Below, in pieces: positions 1-12,200 of a stretch of DNA of 64,000 bases. A program made the position numbers and the translations under genes. The notes under the pieces are model-generated. The model did no database searches and was not told the origin of the DNA. It saw only the letters and a program-made list of their open reading frames with translations. The DNA is taken from the IMG/VR virus record IMGVR_UViG_3300032290_001460, positions 42,309-106,308 of that record; one strand, 5' to 3'. Source of the stretch: a virus. Its lineage: Duplodnaviria > Caudoviricetes. The stretch's first letter is position 1, and every line of letters begins with the position of its first letter.

Positions 1-189
1 AATAACGAAACTCAACGTTTAATTTCTGAAGCCATATATAATTCCTATGGGATACGGGACGAAGAACAGCGTGCTAGTGGTGTTAGGTCTAACCTAAATT
101 CTATTTTTACCGAAATTTTGGCTAAAAGACGACCAGATATGGCTATCAATGAGGCTCGTCGGGCGTGGAATTTCCCGCGCCCTCTATAG
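1..189 (+). CDS. 3' end of upstream gene, probably portal protein or MuF-like head morphogenesis protein (partial)
   Basis: Frame 1 is open from base 1 to TAG at 187-189 (NNETQRLISEAIYNS...RRPDMAINEARRAWNFPRPL). The pattern resembles the MuF/SPP1 gp7 helical segment (N.T...I / R...IA..E..RA.N). It lies directly upstream of the prohead protease. Confidence 0.5.
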   Translation, partial: NNETQRLISEAIYNSYGIRDEEQRASGVRSNLNSIFTEILAKRRPDMAINEARRAWNFPRPL

Positions 190-297
190 TTGCAGTAAAC
201 TCCCCCTATTTAGTTTACTGAAACTACATAAACACTAATAAACTTGCGTTCATCAGGATAAATAGAGACTATTATTACTCTAGATGATTGGAGTATC

Positions 298-3200
298 ATG
301 AGCCAAGGAACATTTGAAGACATCCATTTTAAGGCGATGAATGGCCAATTCAATATAGATGAGGCACAAGGAATCGTTGAATGTTTCGTTGCCGCCGTAG
401 GTAACAAAGACTCCGTGGGTGACATCGTCGCATCGGGGGCATTTACAGAAAGTCTCAAGCGCCGCAAACCGCGCGTTGTATGGGGACACAACTGGAACGA
501 CCCCATCGGTAAGGTTCTAGAAATTTACGAAGTACCAGCACACGACCCGCGTCTCCCAGGAAAAATGAAGCAAGCAGGAGTGGGCGGGCTCTATGCGAAG
601 GTTCAATTCAACCTTGCAACAGAAAAAGGTCGCGAAGCATTTGCTAGCGTCGCTTTCTTTGGTGGAGACCAAGAATGGTCTATCGGCTATAAGACTCTCC
701 AAGCAAACTTTGACTCCGCCATGCAAGCAAACGTTTTGCGTGAAGTTGAACTGTACGAAGTGAGTCCAGTTCTTCATGGTGCAAATCAACTGACAGCCAC
801 AATTTCCGTCAAGAGCGACGAAGGTGAAAAGTGCCACAGTCCTGCTATGGGCGCTGGAATGCCAATGATGCCAGCAGTAATGCGTGCTTTTAAACCAGGG
901 ATTCCAGAAGGTGGCCCATCGCGCATTTCGGCAAGAATTGGCTACGACGTTTCTAGTCCTCGTGAAGATATTTTTGCAGAAGGCGAAGCACGCGAACTTA
1001 ATCGCGAAGAAATTTATAGACTTGAAGAAGAACTGATGTCACGTTCTAATAATCGTCTCAAGATTATCTCCGCAACTGAAAATATGGTCACATTCCATCG
1101 GATGCTCCCCAATGGTTCATCAACGGCTTACCGTCTCCCATACCACTACGATACGGCTGTTAGACAATACATGTTTGGCAAACCAGAGAAGATGGGACAA
1201 GGTCCTAGCCAGCCTCAACCACAAACAGTCGTTCCTATGCAGATGCCCAGTATGCCAATGTCTGTCAAGCCGAATGCCGTCAGCCCATATGCCATGGTTA
1301 ACGGTGGATACGATGGCGAAAAATCCGTTGAAGAAAGACTCCATGAAGTTATTGCTGGCTTAAAGTTGCCGCTCTTCGACGATGAAGTAGCAGAAAAATC
1401 TCAACAAGATAAAATTGAGGAAGTAGTGAATCTTCTTCAATCCTATATTGAAGAGAAGAGCGAACCCATGCGTGTCATTATGAAATGTGAACCGCATCAA
1501 GCGTTCCGTGTTAAGGAACTACTCGACCCGGTAATTGAGTATCACGGACTTCAGGCAGAAGTCAGTGAAAAGGGCGTCCATCTTTCAGGGACATTCAATG
1601 ATGAAACACTCGATGCACTATATGCGTCAGAGAAAAGTATTCAACGGATGTTCATGAAAGAGGGTGGTTGGGGAAAAGATAACGGCCCTACGGGGCCGAC
1701 CTTCGAAGTTGAAGTAAAAGCCCTCGGAGGCCGAGTTGGCCAAAGAATCGGTGGAGGCCTGAGTGCTGCACCACCAGGGATGGTTTGGGTTGACGTAACC
1801 GGAGCCATAGATGGCGATAGCGATGGAATAGTTTTTGAGGGTACGCCTATGCAGCGTCCCATTATTCCTCGTGCGATGATTCCCAAGGTGCAGGCGTCTA
1901 TACTTCAACAGACTTCCCTCCCCCGCGCTATGGAAATGGAGCGAAATAGGGTTCCTAAACCATCTGTTTCGCAAGAAGATTCCAAACCACGTTTAAATCA
2001 GGTTCCTAAAAAGAATGAATCAGATTCAGTGGTGCCTTCTAAGCCTATTCCAAAAATAGACGACACTATTCCAACACCCAGTAAGGCTCCTAAAAAAACT
2101 CAGGGGCGCAAATCAAGAAAAAGCCCTCCTACTAATCCGAATATATACGACCCGTGGGTTTATAGAAATTCAGGAACCGAGCGCATTCTTGGTAACGAAT
2201 TCAGCATCATTACGCCACTAGATGAAATTATTAACTCTGTTAGTTCTAGAAGTAAAAAATTGACTCCTAAAGAAATTATTGACAATTATGCTTATTTCCT
2301 TAATTATAGAGGCCTAGACACTCAACAAGTTTTTAAAATTTTTGAAAACCATGGTTATGTTAATACTGAAAAAGTCAACCAAACCATATCTGATGAGTTG
2401 AAATTTGCGATAGATGACATTATTGCGGCAGGCGGAAGAATTGTTTTTGCACAAAATAATCTTCTAATTAATTTGGGTGGCAATAAATTAATAATTGATT
2501 TATTAGATAAAGATAGTTATAGTAATGTTAGACAGCAGTTAAGTATGCCCTTGAAGCAATTGTATGTAAAAGAAAGAAAGACAGTAACAAATATTTCGGA
2601 CTTGTCTCCTAGGTATAATTATCTTAAGCCAGAATTGAAAAAATTAAAAGAAAAGTATGGCGATTATTTTGTTATACGCGCCCTGGATGCCGGCCATTAT
2701 TCTGCTGTTCTTTTTGACCCCATCTCTGGTGACCCCCTAAAAACTTATCAATTTAGTGGTAGTCCACGAAGTACTTCTAACCTTTTAAAAAACCTTTCTT
2801 CAGAATTTACAAATGCAGCCGTAGTTAGAAGATTTGAATCAGCAAAAATATGGAAGCCAGCGCGCGAAGTCATTGATAAAGTACCGTTGAGACCAGCAAA
2901 TGAAGGGGAAACCCCAAAATTCGGTCCGCTGAGTGGTACTTCTAAGTTGGTTCAGATTTTTTCTGAACTAGGTTTTTCGCCAGACAGTAAAGAATATCCT
3001 AATGCTCTCGTTGAATTAGAAATACATGATATTGGTGACGGAAAATTTGGTGTATATGGTGTAATCGTAGATGAAGATGGCATAGAACACCTCGTGAGCC
3101 AGGAGCAGGATGGTCTTGCAGATTCATTAGATTTTCTTCGTGCACTAGGTTCAGAATATTCTCAGTCGCAATTATCAGAAATGAGAAGTGCTCATCTAAG

Positions 3201-6200
3201 ACGAATGGGGGTCGTTGGTCAATTGGGCGATACTTCTGGGTTGAGTCAAGAAGTTGAAGAAATGAGGGCTGCTCGTGATGAACGAACTTACAATCAGTGG
3301 TTCGTTGATGATGGTAGTCGTTCGCAAAGAACACCTACCCTAATTTATAATACTGCCGCAAAATCTATAAGAGATATTTTTGATGATGAAAAAACATGGG
3401 ACCCATTCTTTGAAGACCTAAAAGATGTTTTGGGTCATTCTCAAAAACAATCGCAACGCCTACTCGACCTCTACGATGACCCGAACGCTACAGAAGAGGC
3501 TATAACTAATCTTGAGGAATCAATTAGGGAATTAGATGAGCAAATTGCCGCCGTTATTGATTACGCAAAATTTTTAAATGGAGAAAATCGTCGCGCTCGT
3601 CTCAAAAGACTAAAGAATCCTCTTATTAACAAAATGATTGACGAACGTACTGGGGGCGAGTATTCGGATTTTACTGATGCTGAAATTGAAAGACTTAGAA
3701 ACAATCTGACTTTTTCCGAAAATGATATAAGCGATATCTTTGGCGTTGAGGGAAGCGATAAGGCTAGAAATTTCGTTGAATCAATGCAGGATGTTTTAGA
3801 TGATGCGGAATGGTATGACGGCATACTGAGCAGTCCTATAGAGGACGAGAATAACCCTGATTATTTGGAAAATCCATCTCAAGAACTTTACGATGATGCT
3901 ATTAGAAGTTTGAGCATGGAAATTGATTTCATAAAAGATGCTAGAAAGCGTAATCATCAACAAAGACTGGCTATTTCGGATGGTAGCAATTTATCCGATG
4001 GCACCAGTCGCTCGCAGCGTTCCTTCATTAATGGACGTGGAGTGGGCGAAACTAGGCAGATTTTCCCCAATGAAGACAAACAGGGAACTAGTAAAAAAAT
4101 TAAGTACGCTCGTTATGATGGGCGCAAAGAAGAACTGCTGGTTGAATATTCCTCTGGTGAAACCATCACCTATGGTGGAGTAACCGACAGGATGGTTTCT
4201 GCAGTTGAGAAATCACTAGATGATATTGATGGCGGGATTGACGGGATAAAAGCAGAAGCACGCTATTCTATTAAACCAGATGGACAAATAGAAGGCAGGG
4301 CGGTTAGTGTAGCAACGCTAGTGCAGAGAGATATTGAACGTCTCGAACAATACGATGTTATTACTGCAAAAGATAAGTTATGGATGCAATTAGCAGCAAA
4401 TGCCATATTGTCAAATTTTGAAGAACCGCCCGAATATGAACTATTATCCTTGTCTGACCAATTGGCTAATGTGGCAAATAAACTTGCTCGCGAATATGAA
4501 GAAAATTCTGCAGCCCTAAACCTTTTAGAAATTAAAAGTTCTATTGACGACAGAGTAGGCAATGGGCTTGGCGGAACTCGCGGTACACGCATGTATCGTC
4601 CACTGAAGGATGAAACAACATTAGATTTAACCAATGACGAAATTGGTGAATTAAGAGACGAAATTCAATCAATTCTAAACAAACATGGAGACAGAATTAC
4701 TTTTGCTCCTTTTGCAGAATTTGACAAAGCGTTAAAGGACGCTCAAGATTCAAACAAAAATAATGTAACAATTAAAAATAATTTACATTCAGCATTAACC
4801 GTTGCTTACGATGAACTTTACTGGATGGCTTCACACAGTCAAGCAGAGAAAAGATGGCTCAACCCCATTGGGGAAACACTACTCAATATTGCTGCAGCAT
4901 CCGGAAGATTCACCTCCCCACGCCTCAGTGCCAATAGGGGAGACTTCAAGGGCGTCCCATTCAATAATGGCGCACCATCAAGAATGACCCCCGAAGCACG
5001 AACTACCCTCATAGATTGGGCAAACGGAGACGGATTAGGGTTCTATGTTCTAAAAGACATACGTGATTCTTATCGACTCAGGAATGGAAATCTCACCTCG
5101 CGACAGTGGAACACTCTTGCGAACATGTACAGGCGCTTTGGTCCTGGTGGCAGTGACAGAAAAGACTCAAGTAGTAGAAGTAAAAAAGATACAGAAATCT
5201 ACTATGCCATTGTCCCTTCGGACGTCCCGGACCAAATTGACGATGAGGAAGAAGAAAAACCAAAACCCAAGAAGCCAGTAGGAAAACCTGCTTCAGAGTT
5301 ACTGCCAGGCGACTTTGATTCAATGACTGCAAAAGAAAAAATTGATGTCATGTTTCAAATTGGACGTGCAACAAAAGATAATCCCGATGGCATCGCCCCA
5401 GAAGATTGGGACAGACTAATTTATCCCCTAGACAAGGAACTTGATGTAGAAGAAGCAGTACAGAACCAAGCAGAATTCATGGCTGCACAAGAAGCCGCTG
5501 CAATGAGAGGCGAAGTACTAACAGAAGAACAGTTCTACGAAAACAAATCACGTCAAGCGGAATTACACGACAGAAGAACAATACAGCGTGCATTAAGTGA
5601 ATACGACGCTGGACGACCCGAGTTATTGCAAAAACTTGGCCTACGTAGAGAAAACTTTATTATTAAAGCAGATAGAGAATACAAGGCCCCCACTAAGCCA
5701 AAGCCGTTAGGTAAATGGGCTACAGATTTCTCCATGAAGATACGTTCTCAAATAGAAAAAGCAATTGCCAATGGGCTTGCCGGAGAAGAACATCTTGACC
5801 CATGGCTATCCATGGAAGAACTTATTAATGACAACGATGGTCTCCTTGATGAAGAAACTATCCAAAACATTATCCCTGTCCTAGAAGAATATGTCAGTGC
5901 TTATGATGGGGCAGAATTTGGACATCGTTCAGAAGGTAATAGTTATAAACAAGCCAACGACATGATTGAGGAGTTGGAAAATACTCTTTCAATTCTTCTT
6001 GACCCAACAATAATCGAAGACGATTCCGATGATAGCGGAGATGACAAGAAAGACAGCGACGCTGCCTCAGAAGTTCCAGATACAACTCAGGGAGTTTCTC
6101 TATCCATAGAGGGCGATAGTGGTTCAAAAAGCCGTCGCTCATCATCTATGGCAAGTACTACGGGCAGACAAGACGCTGTTGATTCCGGAAGTAACCAAAT

Positions 6201-9200
6201 AAATTCCGAAGATAGTAGCAGGAGTATCCGAGAAGTAATCAAATTAGAAGATTTACTTGAAATAGATAAGCGCGAACAATCCGAAGATATGGGAGAACCA
6301 TTCGTTGAGTTATCAAAGGCCCTCGAAAATTGGTTAAATAATCATATTTCAGATATGGGCGGATGGGACAAAAGTCACGAAACTCGACTACGTAGGCAGG
6401 TAGAAGATTTAATTTTGAATTTACGTGGCTTGCGAGACAAGTGGCAGTCCATGGGGACTGCTAAACGAAGCGGAATATTGAGACGCATGAAGATGGTTGA
6501 TGGCTACGAACCGCACCCTCTAACTAAAATGTCACTTGAAGATATCATTAGTAAATCAGAATTACGTATTCACGATGACGGAACTCTGTCTTTCAAATTG
6601 CCTCCCAACCCAATATTGCGGCAACTCATACCAGGCAACAGAAATTATCAAGATGTAGAGTTGCCCACTGCTGAAACTGTTAGTGAAATTTTTGATAATC
6701 TCACAAATGATTGGCGCAGATTAGATGAATTATTCAATTCAATATATGAAGTTTTTGATGAAGATGAAGACGGGCGACGTGGAGCGCGCCTAAGGAAATA
6801 CCCTGTCGGCGGGGAAAAACTGCCGCACCACTCCTTGTATCTTGGCAAGTACGCTGAACCCCCGACAGAAGCACCATCTCCGGAAGGGGCGCTCCAATAC
6901 CACTACAACGACATTTCTGCTCGTATTCTTCAGTATTACATTATCCCTGAATTAGCAAAAATTAAACGCAATGAAAATCCAAAAATTGGAGAAATCTCCA
7001 ACGATAACGACCATTTTATTCATGGATATTTACAGTTATTTACAGACCCGCATGCCTGGCAGGAGATGAGTGCTGTGTTGTCTGAAAACTTCCGTGTATC
7101 GCCCGGCACCATATTGCATGACTTATTGGGGCACTACGCCCTTGGTAATACTTTTGATAGACACGGAGAATATGGAAATATTCTTTCAACAATTCAACTT
7201 GCTCGCGATAAGAAGTTCTGGCAGAAGTTGCGCGAGATACCAGAACTTTCTGACCTATCCGAAGAGGACAGGGACCTCTACATGCGCGGCTTGCTCGTTG
7301 ATGTGGCCGCAAGATGGTTTAATCGTGTCGGTACAGACTCCCCGGATGACGAGAGGAGATTGAAGAAGAAAATAGCGTTCTACGATGGACCTATTGATGA
7401 ACTTCTTGACAAAATCGACCCGCCTAACGAACAATCGTCAAGTTCTAGTCGTTCTACACGAAGAATCCCATTAATCGATGTCGATGATAAACAACTTTCT
7501 GAGTTAGGTAAAGAATCTATTGATGGTATTGCAATAAGAGAAGAATTTATTAGACCATCTTCTCGTGACGAATTAGAACAATTTGTTTCACGAAGAAAAC
7601 CGATAGGTTCGGACCTGCCTGTTGATTTACGCACTGGCGAACCTCGCCGCATGTCTCATGAGACAGACAGAGAGTGGAATGCTAGAAGAAATAATTTTTA
7701 TAGAAACAACCCATGGTTTGACCGGCCCCCTATTGATGCTTCTGAAGATTCCCCTAAAATTGATAGAAATAACGAATTTGGTGATGGAGAATTAATTAAA
7801 CCCTCATATAAATTTAATTTTAAATGGAACCAGTATCAAGATTATACTGATGAGGAATTAATAGATAAACTTAAATCAGACAAAAAACCTTCCAATACTT
7901 TGGTGCATGAATTGTCTTTACGTGGATATGAAGTTAGAAAAAAAAGAGAATATGATTTAGGTGATTTTAGTGGTAGGGAAGGATATGACTACACATACTT
8001 CTTTGCTAAGCCAATGGATGAAATAACCCAAGAGCATCTTGATAGAAGAAAATCTAAATACAATCCAGTTGATGAAACACAAAAAATAGATGAGCCGTCA
8101 ACCAGCATAATTCCTACATTGGAAGAAGACGTTGTTGATGAACAGGATTTTGTTGAGCCAGAAGAATTCCCATTAAAGCCGAAACAGCCCAGGGTTCCTC
8201 GTCCTCGACCCGGTACCAACACCGTGAATATTGGTGGCAATAATTCGGGAATCATAAATCTCGGCAACAATGTGACAATTGATACTGGCGACATAAATGT
8301 TTCTAATCAGGGCAGTAAGATTACTATTATTAATGGGAACAAGGTTACTGTTGATGCCAATACGGATGTATTGAGTATGCCATTGAAAAAAGTTGATGAA
8401 GAACTTGCTAGCATACAGAAAGATTTAGCGGAACTTAAAGAAAGAAGAGTAAAGGGCAGTATTTCTGATGCTGATTATGCTCAGCGACGCGTAGATTTGG
8501 CTAATAGGAAAGTTGCTCTCAAATTAAAGAAACATTCCGTCCCTGATGGTGATGCAACCAAGGGCACACCCAATGTTTCCTATATTGGCAACAGTTCAAG
8601 GTCAACCAGAAATATTGATTATTATCGTAGGGAATTTAATCTTTCTCCAGAAGATTTGGAATTCATCAAATATACCAATGCCCCAGATTTATTTTTGCGT
8701 GAAGAATTTGGGATAGACGATACAGCCATAGCAGACATTCGTTCTTATGTGCCGCCGTTGGATGTCATCAAGGAAATAGATTCTTTAACCGATGATGATG
8801 TTAGATTCCTTGAATCTTACGATGGTATTGTTTCACAAATTACTGAAGAATTTAATTCTTTTGTAACTCGGACGATGGCCGAACGTCTTCAGGCTATTCA
8901 ATACATAGGAAATTCTAATCTCCCTGAATTGGAAAAACAAGAAAACATAAAAGAAATTGATGATGCATTTAATGAATTATTAAAAGTTAACAGTGAAATA
9001 CATTTCGATAGGCTGAATGATGCCGTACTATATACGGCACCTTTAAATTATCGCGGTTTTGGTTGGAGGATGACCCCAGAAAGAATTTCTTCACTTGGCT
9101 TACCTGAAGGCTATGAAAACAAATTAAAGTTCAATCAGGCTACTCGCATTTGGGAAATGATGAATGGACTGGGCTTTGACTGGGACGAAATCGAAGATTT

Positions 9201-12200
9201 CACTGGTTTGACTTTTGATGAATTGAAACCCCTATTCCCACATGTCCGAATTATCGGGATGATACGCGAACAGGAGAAAAACTCTTTAAATAATCCTCCT
9301 GAAGATGGTTCTTCTTCTCGTTCAATGAGGCCCGAACGTCGTCAGATAGTCCCAATATCTGGGAATTATACGAGACAAGGTAATTTACATAGAAAGTTAG
9401 ATGGACTTCTAACACCCGGCAGTAGTGATTATCGCAAAGATGATTTAAGTGATGAGGAAATATCTGCCATAAAGAAGTTTAGTTACTCCCAAACAGTAAG
9501 GTACGACTACGACTATGACCCGTTGTCGTTAATGACCTACGAAGAATTAGACACATTATCAAATCTCATAAGTGCAGACAGAGCAAAGTCTTTAAACGTT
9601 GAATTCGATAAAGATTTTCGAAAATTAATCGAACAAGAATTCGACATACGAGACATACGAAATGACCCCTTCAAGTATCGAGGTGGTGGCAACGAAAGAA
9701 AATTAAAGAGAGAATTCGTATCTGCAGAAGAATTCTTAGGCCCAGGCATGGACGGATATGCAATTAATAGAGGGATGCATGGTGGATGGCTGTATCCGGA
9801 TGGACGCATATATCCGCTACAACAAGATTCCCACGGTACTGAGTTTGTTTATCGTGATGCTTTTGAAGATGGTTTAATTCGGATTATTTTCTCTCAAAAA
9901 AGTCAAAGGCGAGATTCATCTATGGATTTGGAAATAGCAGACGCTCGACCAACTCCAGAGCAGTATGAGACTTTACAGAAACTTATGGATGCTGGAGAAC
10001 CTAGTGAAATACGTTTTGCTGCTGGTAAAAAAAGTGAGGAGTATGATGCGTCTTATACTTCTCGACCCACTTATCAGTATGAGAATGTTTTACGTGGCAA
10101 AGATACTAAAAAATTAAAAGAATCTTTGACGCAAGAAGTTTCATGGAAGCAAGAAGAGTCTACTAGTGATGACAGTTCTTCTTCTCTCTCAAAAAAGGGA
10201 ACATATCGACCTCTTCTTGGTCATACGTTCGAAGGTTATGGTCAAGCGGAAAAGAAGTTGTCATACAGTTTAGAAAAATTAAGTAAACAAAATGGTGCTG
10301 CCAAAAAATTAAACGATGAAGAAAAAAATGTAATTGAAAAATATTTTCAAATCAAAAATGCAGATGCAGAGCCATTGAGATTACTCTCAGATGATGAAAT
10401 AAAAACTTTACTTAATTTAATTAGTGAAGAAAAACTGACAGTGAGAAATGCCGACCTATCTGCAGAACTGTTGGGTGTTTATAGAAAAGATGCAGAATAT
10501 TTACTTATACGAGAATTAGATATTCGTTCCAACCCTCAAAAATATAAGTTTGGTGGAAATGAAAGAAAACTAAAAAACAGATTTCTTTCAGCAAAACAAC
10601 TAGTCGACCCTGAAACAATGGGTGTTTGGGAGACTCCATCATTACGGGCAGCATGGCTTTATCCAGATGGAAGGCTTTATCACGTAACTGATGGACATAC
10701 AAAAGAACATACCTACAACGACGCTTTTGGAGATGGTCTTATTAGGTTGAATGTAAGTTTGGCCAAGGAAAAAGATGACAGAGGTCCAGCCACCGCTCCA
10801 TTTTTGGCTATACATGCAGCCGACATAGCCCCTACTGCTGAGCAAATGAAAATATTAGAGGAACTTATTGATGTAGCCAAGCCGAAAGAAATCTTCTATC
10901 AGGCTGGAGTGAGTAGCAAAATACATAATCCGAACGAAGTTATTCCTGACGACTCCGACTTTGGCATCTATGTAGAAGGTGAACGAAGTGGAACTATAAA
11001 ATCTGGCGACCTGAAGAAAAGGCTGAAGCAAGAATTGGATGCAGTTGGCTGGGCGAAATTGCCAGACAACGACTCTTCTTCTCGTTCCAAGAAAGATACA
11101 GATTCTGATTTATCTGACGAAGAATTTAAAATCATCGACGATTTTGTTAATGCTGATATCGACAACATTGAGCCAGTTGAAGAAGAACCTACGGACGGCC
11201 GAACGCGTCGGGCTCGTGCAAAAAAAAGAGAAGAATTCTTAAGAGATGCTGTTACTCAAATCATCAAACTTTCAGAAAATGCGGAAAAATTTAAACGTGG
11301 GCCAGATGCTGGTGAAGTCTCTGGAGGTCTTTTGGAAAAGGTGGCACAGATGTTCGCCGCAGGAGACTATAGCATCATAGATAAATATGAAAAAATAGTC
11401 AAAGAAAAAGGCGCAGGAACAAGCCCGGGTGAATTTTTTGCTAACTCATATTATAAATATGAATCACTTGGCGCCGAACAAAGATTAGAACGCCAAAAAG
11501 GTGGAAACAAGCAAAAGGGCAAGTTTGTTGAAAATATAGAAGCATTAGAAGCAAAAATAACTGATGGGGAAAGTAGTTTTGTTTTGCCAGAATTGTCTAT
11601 AGAAGATGATTTGAGCGTCGGTGAAATTGATGAAGACGTCGCTAAGAAAATTGCGTTTTATGATAAATTTGAAGAATATTTACCCTTACATGCAGAAATT
11701 ATGGGATATATCGGGTCTGGGATGACTGCATCTAAAATTAGCAAGCAAACAGGAGTTCCTATAAAGATAGTTAATGCGATGAAAAGCAATATGGCTTTTA
11801 TTGCAGAACAATTGGGCGATATTGAAAATTGGCCCCTGGATTCACTGGACGAAGATTATCGGGATATAGCGAAACTTTTGCCAGGTGACGATATGTCGTT
11901 AAATTTGGATATTGCCAAACGTCTTCAAAAAGCAAAAACATTTTTTGAAACTATCGAATTTGATAGAGATACTGGAGAAATAAGTTTCGAGCAAACATCA
12001 ATTGCTCAAAGACAAATTAAACTTGAAAAAAATAATGATATTATATTGTCATTTTTTGAGGACGGGAAGCCTGCTCCGACCATAGAGGAAATTGCCAAAG
12101 CCCTTGGCGTTACGTTCGATTCCGCCAGAGGGCTAATTGTTAGATTGCGGAAAACTACTGGTAGAAAACTGAAAACTGGGAAGAAGGAAGAAAATAGCAA

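Noticed and set aside
190-297. Possible promoter motif (ttgcagtaaact at 190-201; similar ttgcataaact at ~13656)
   Set aside because: Only two imperfect AT-rich instances, which is not enough to support a call without the rest of the genome.
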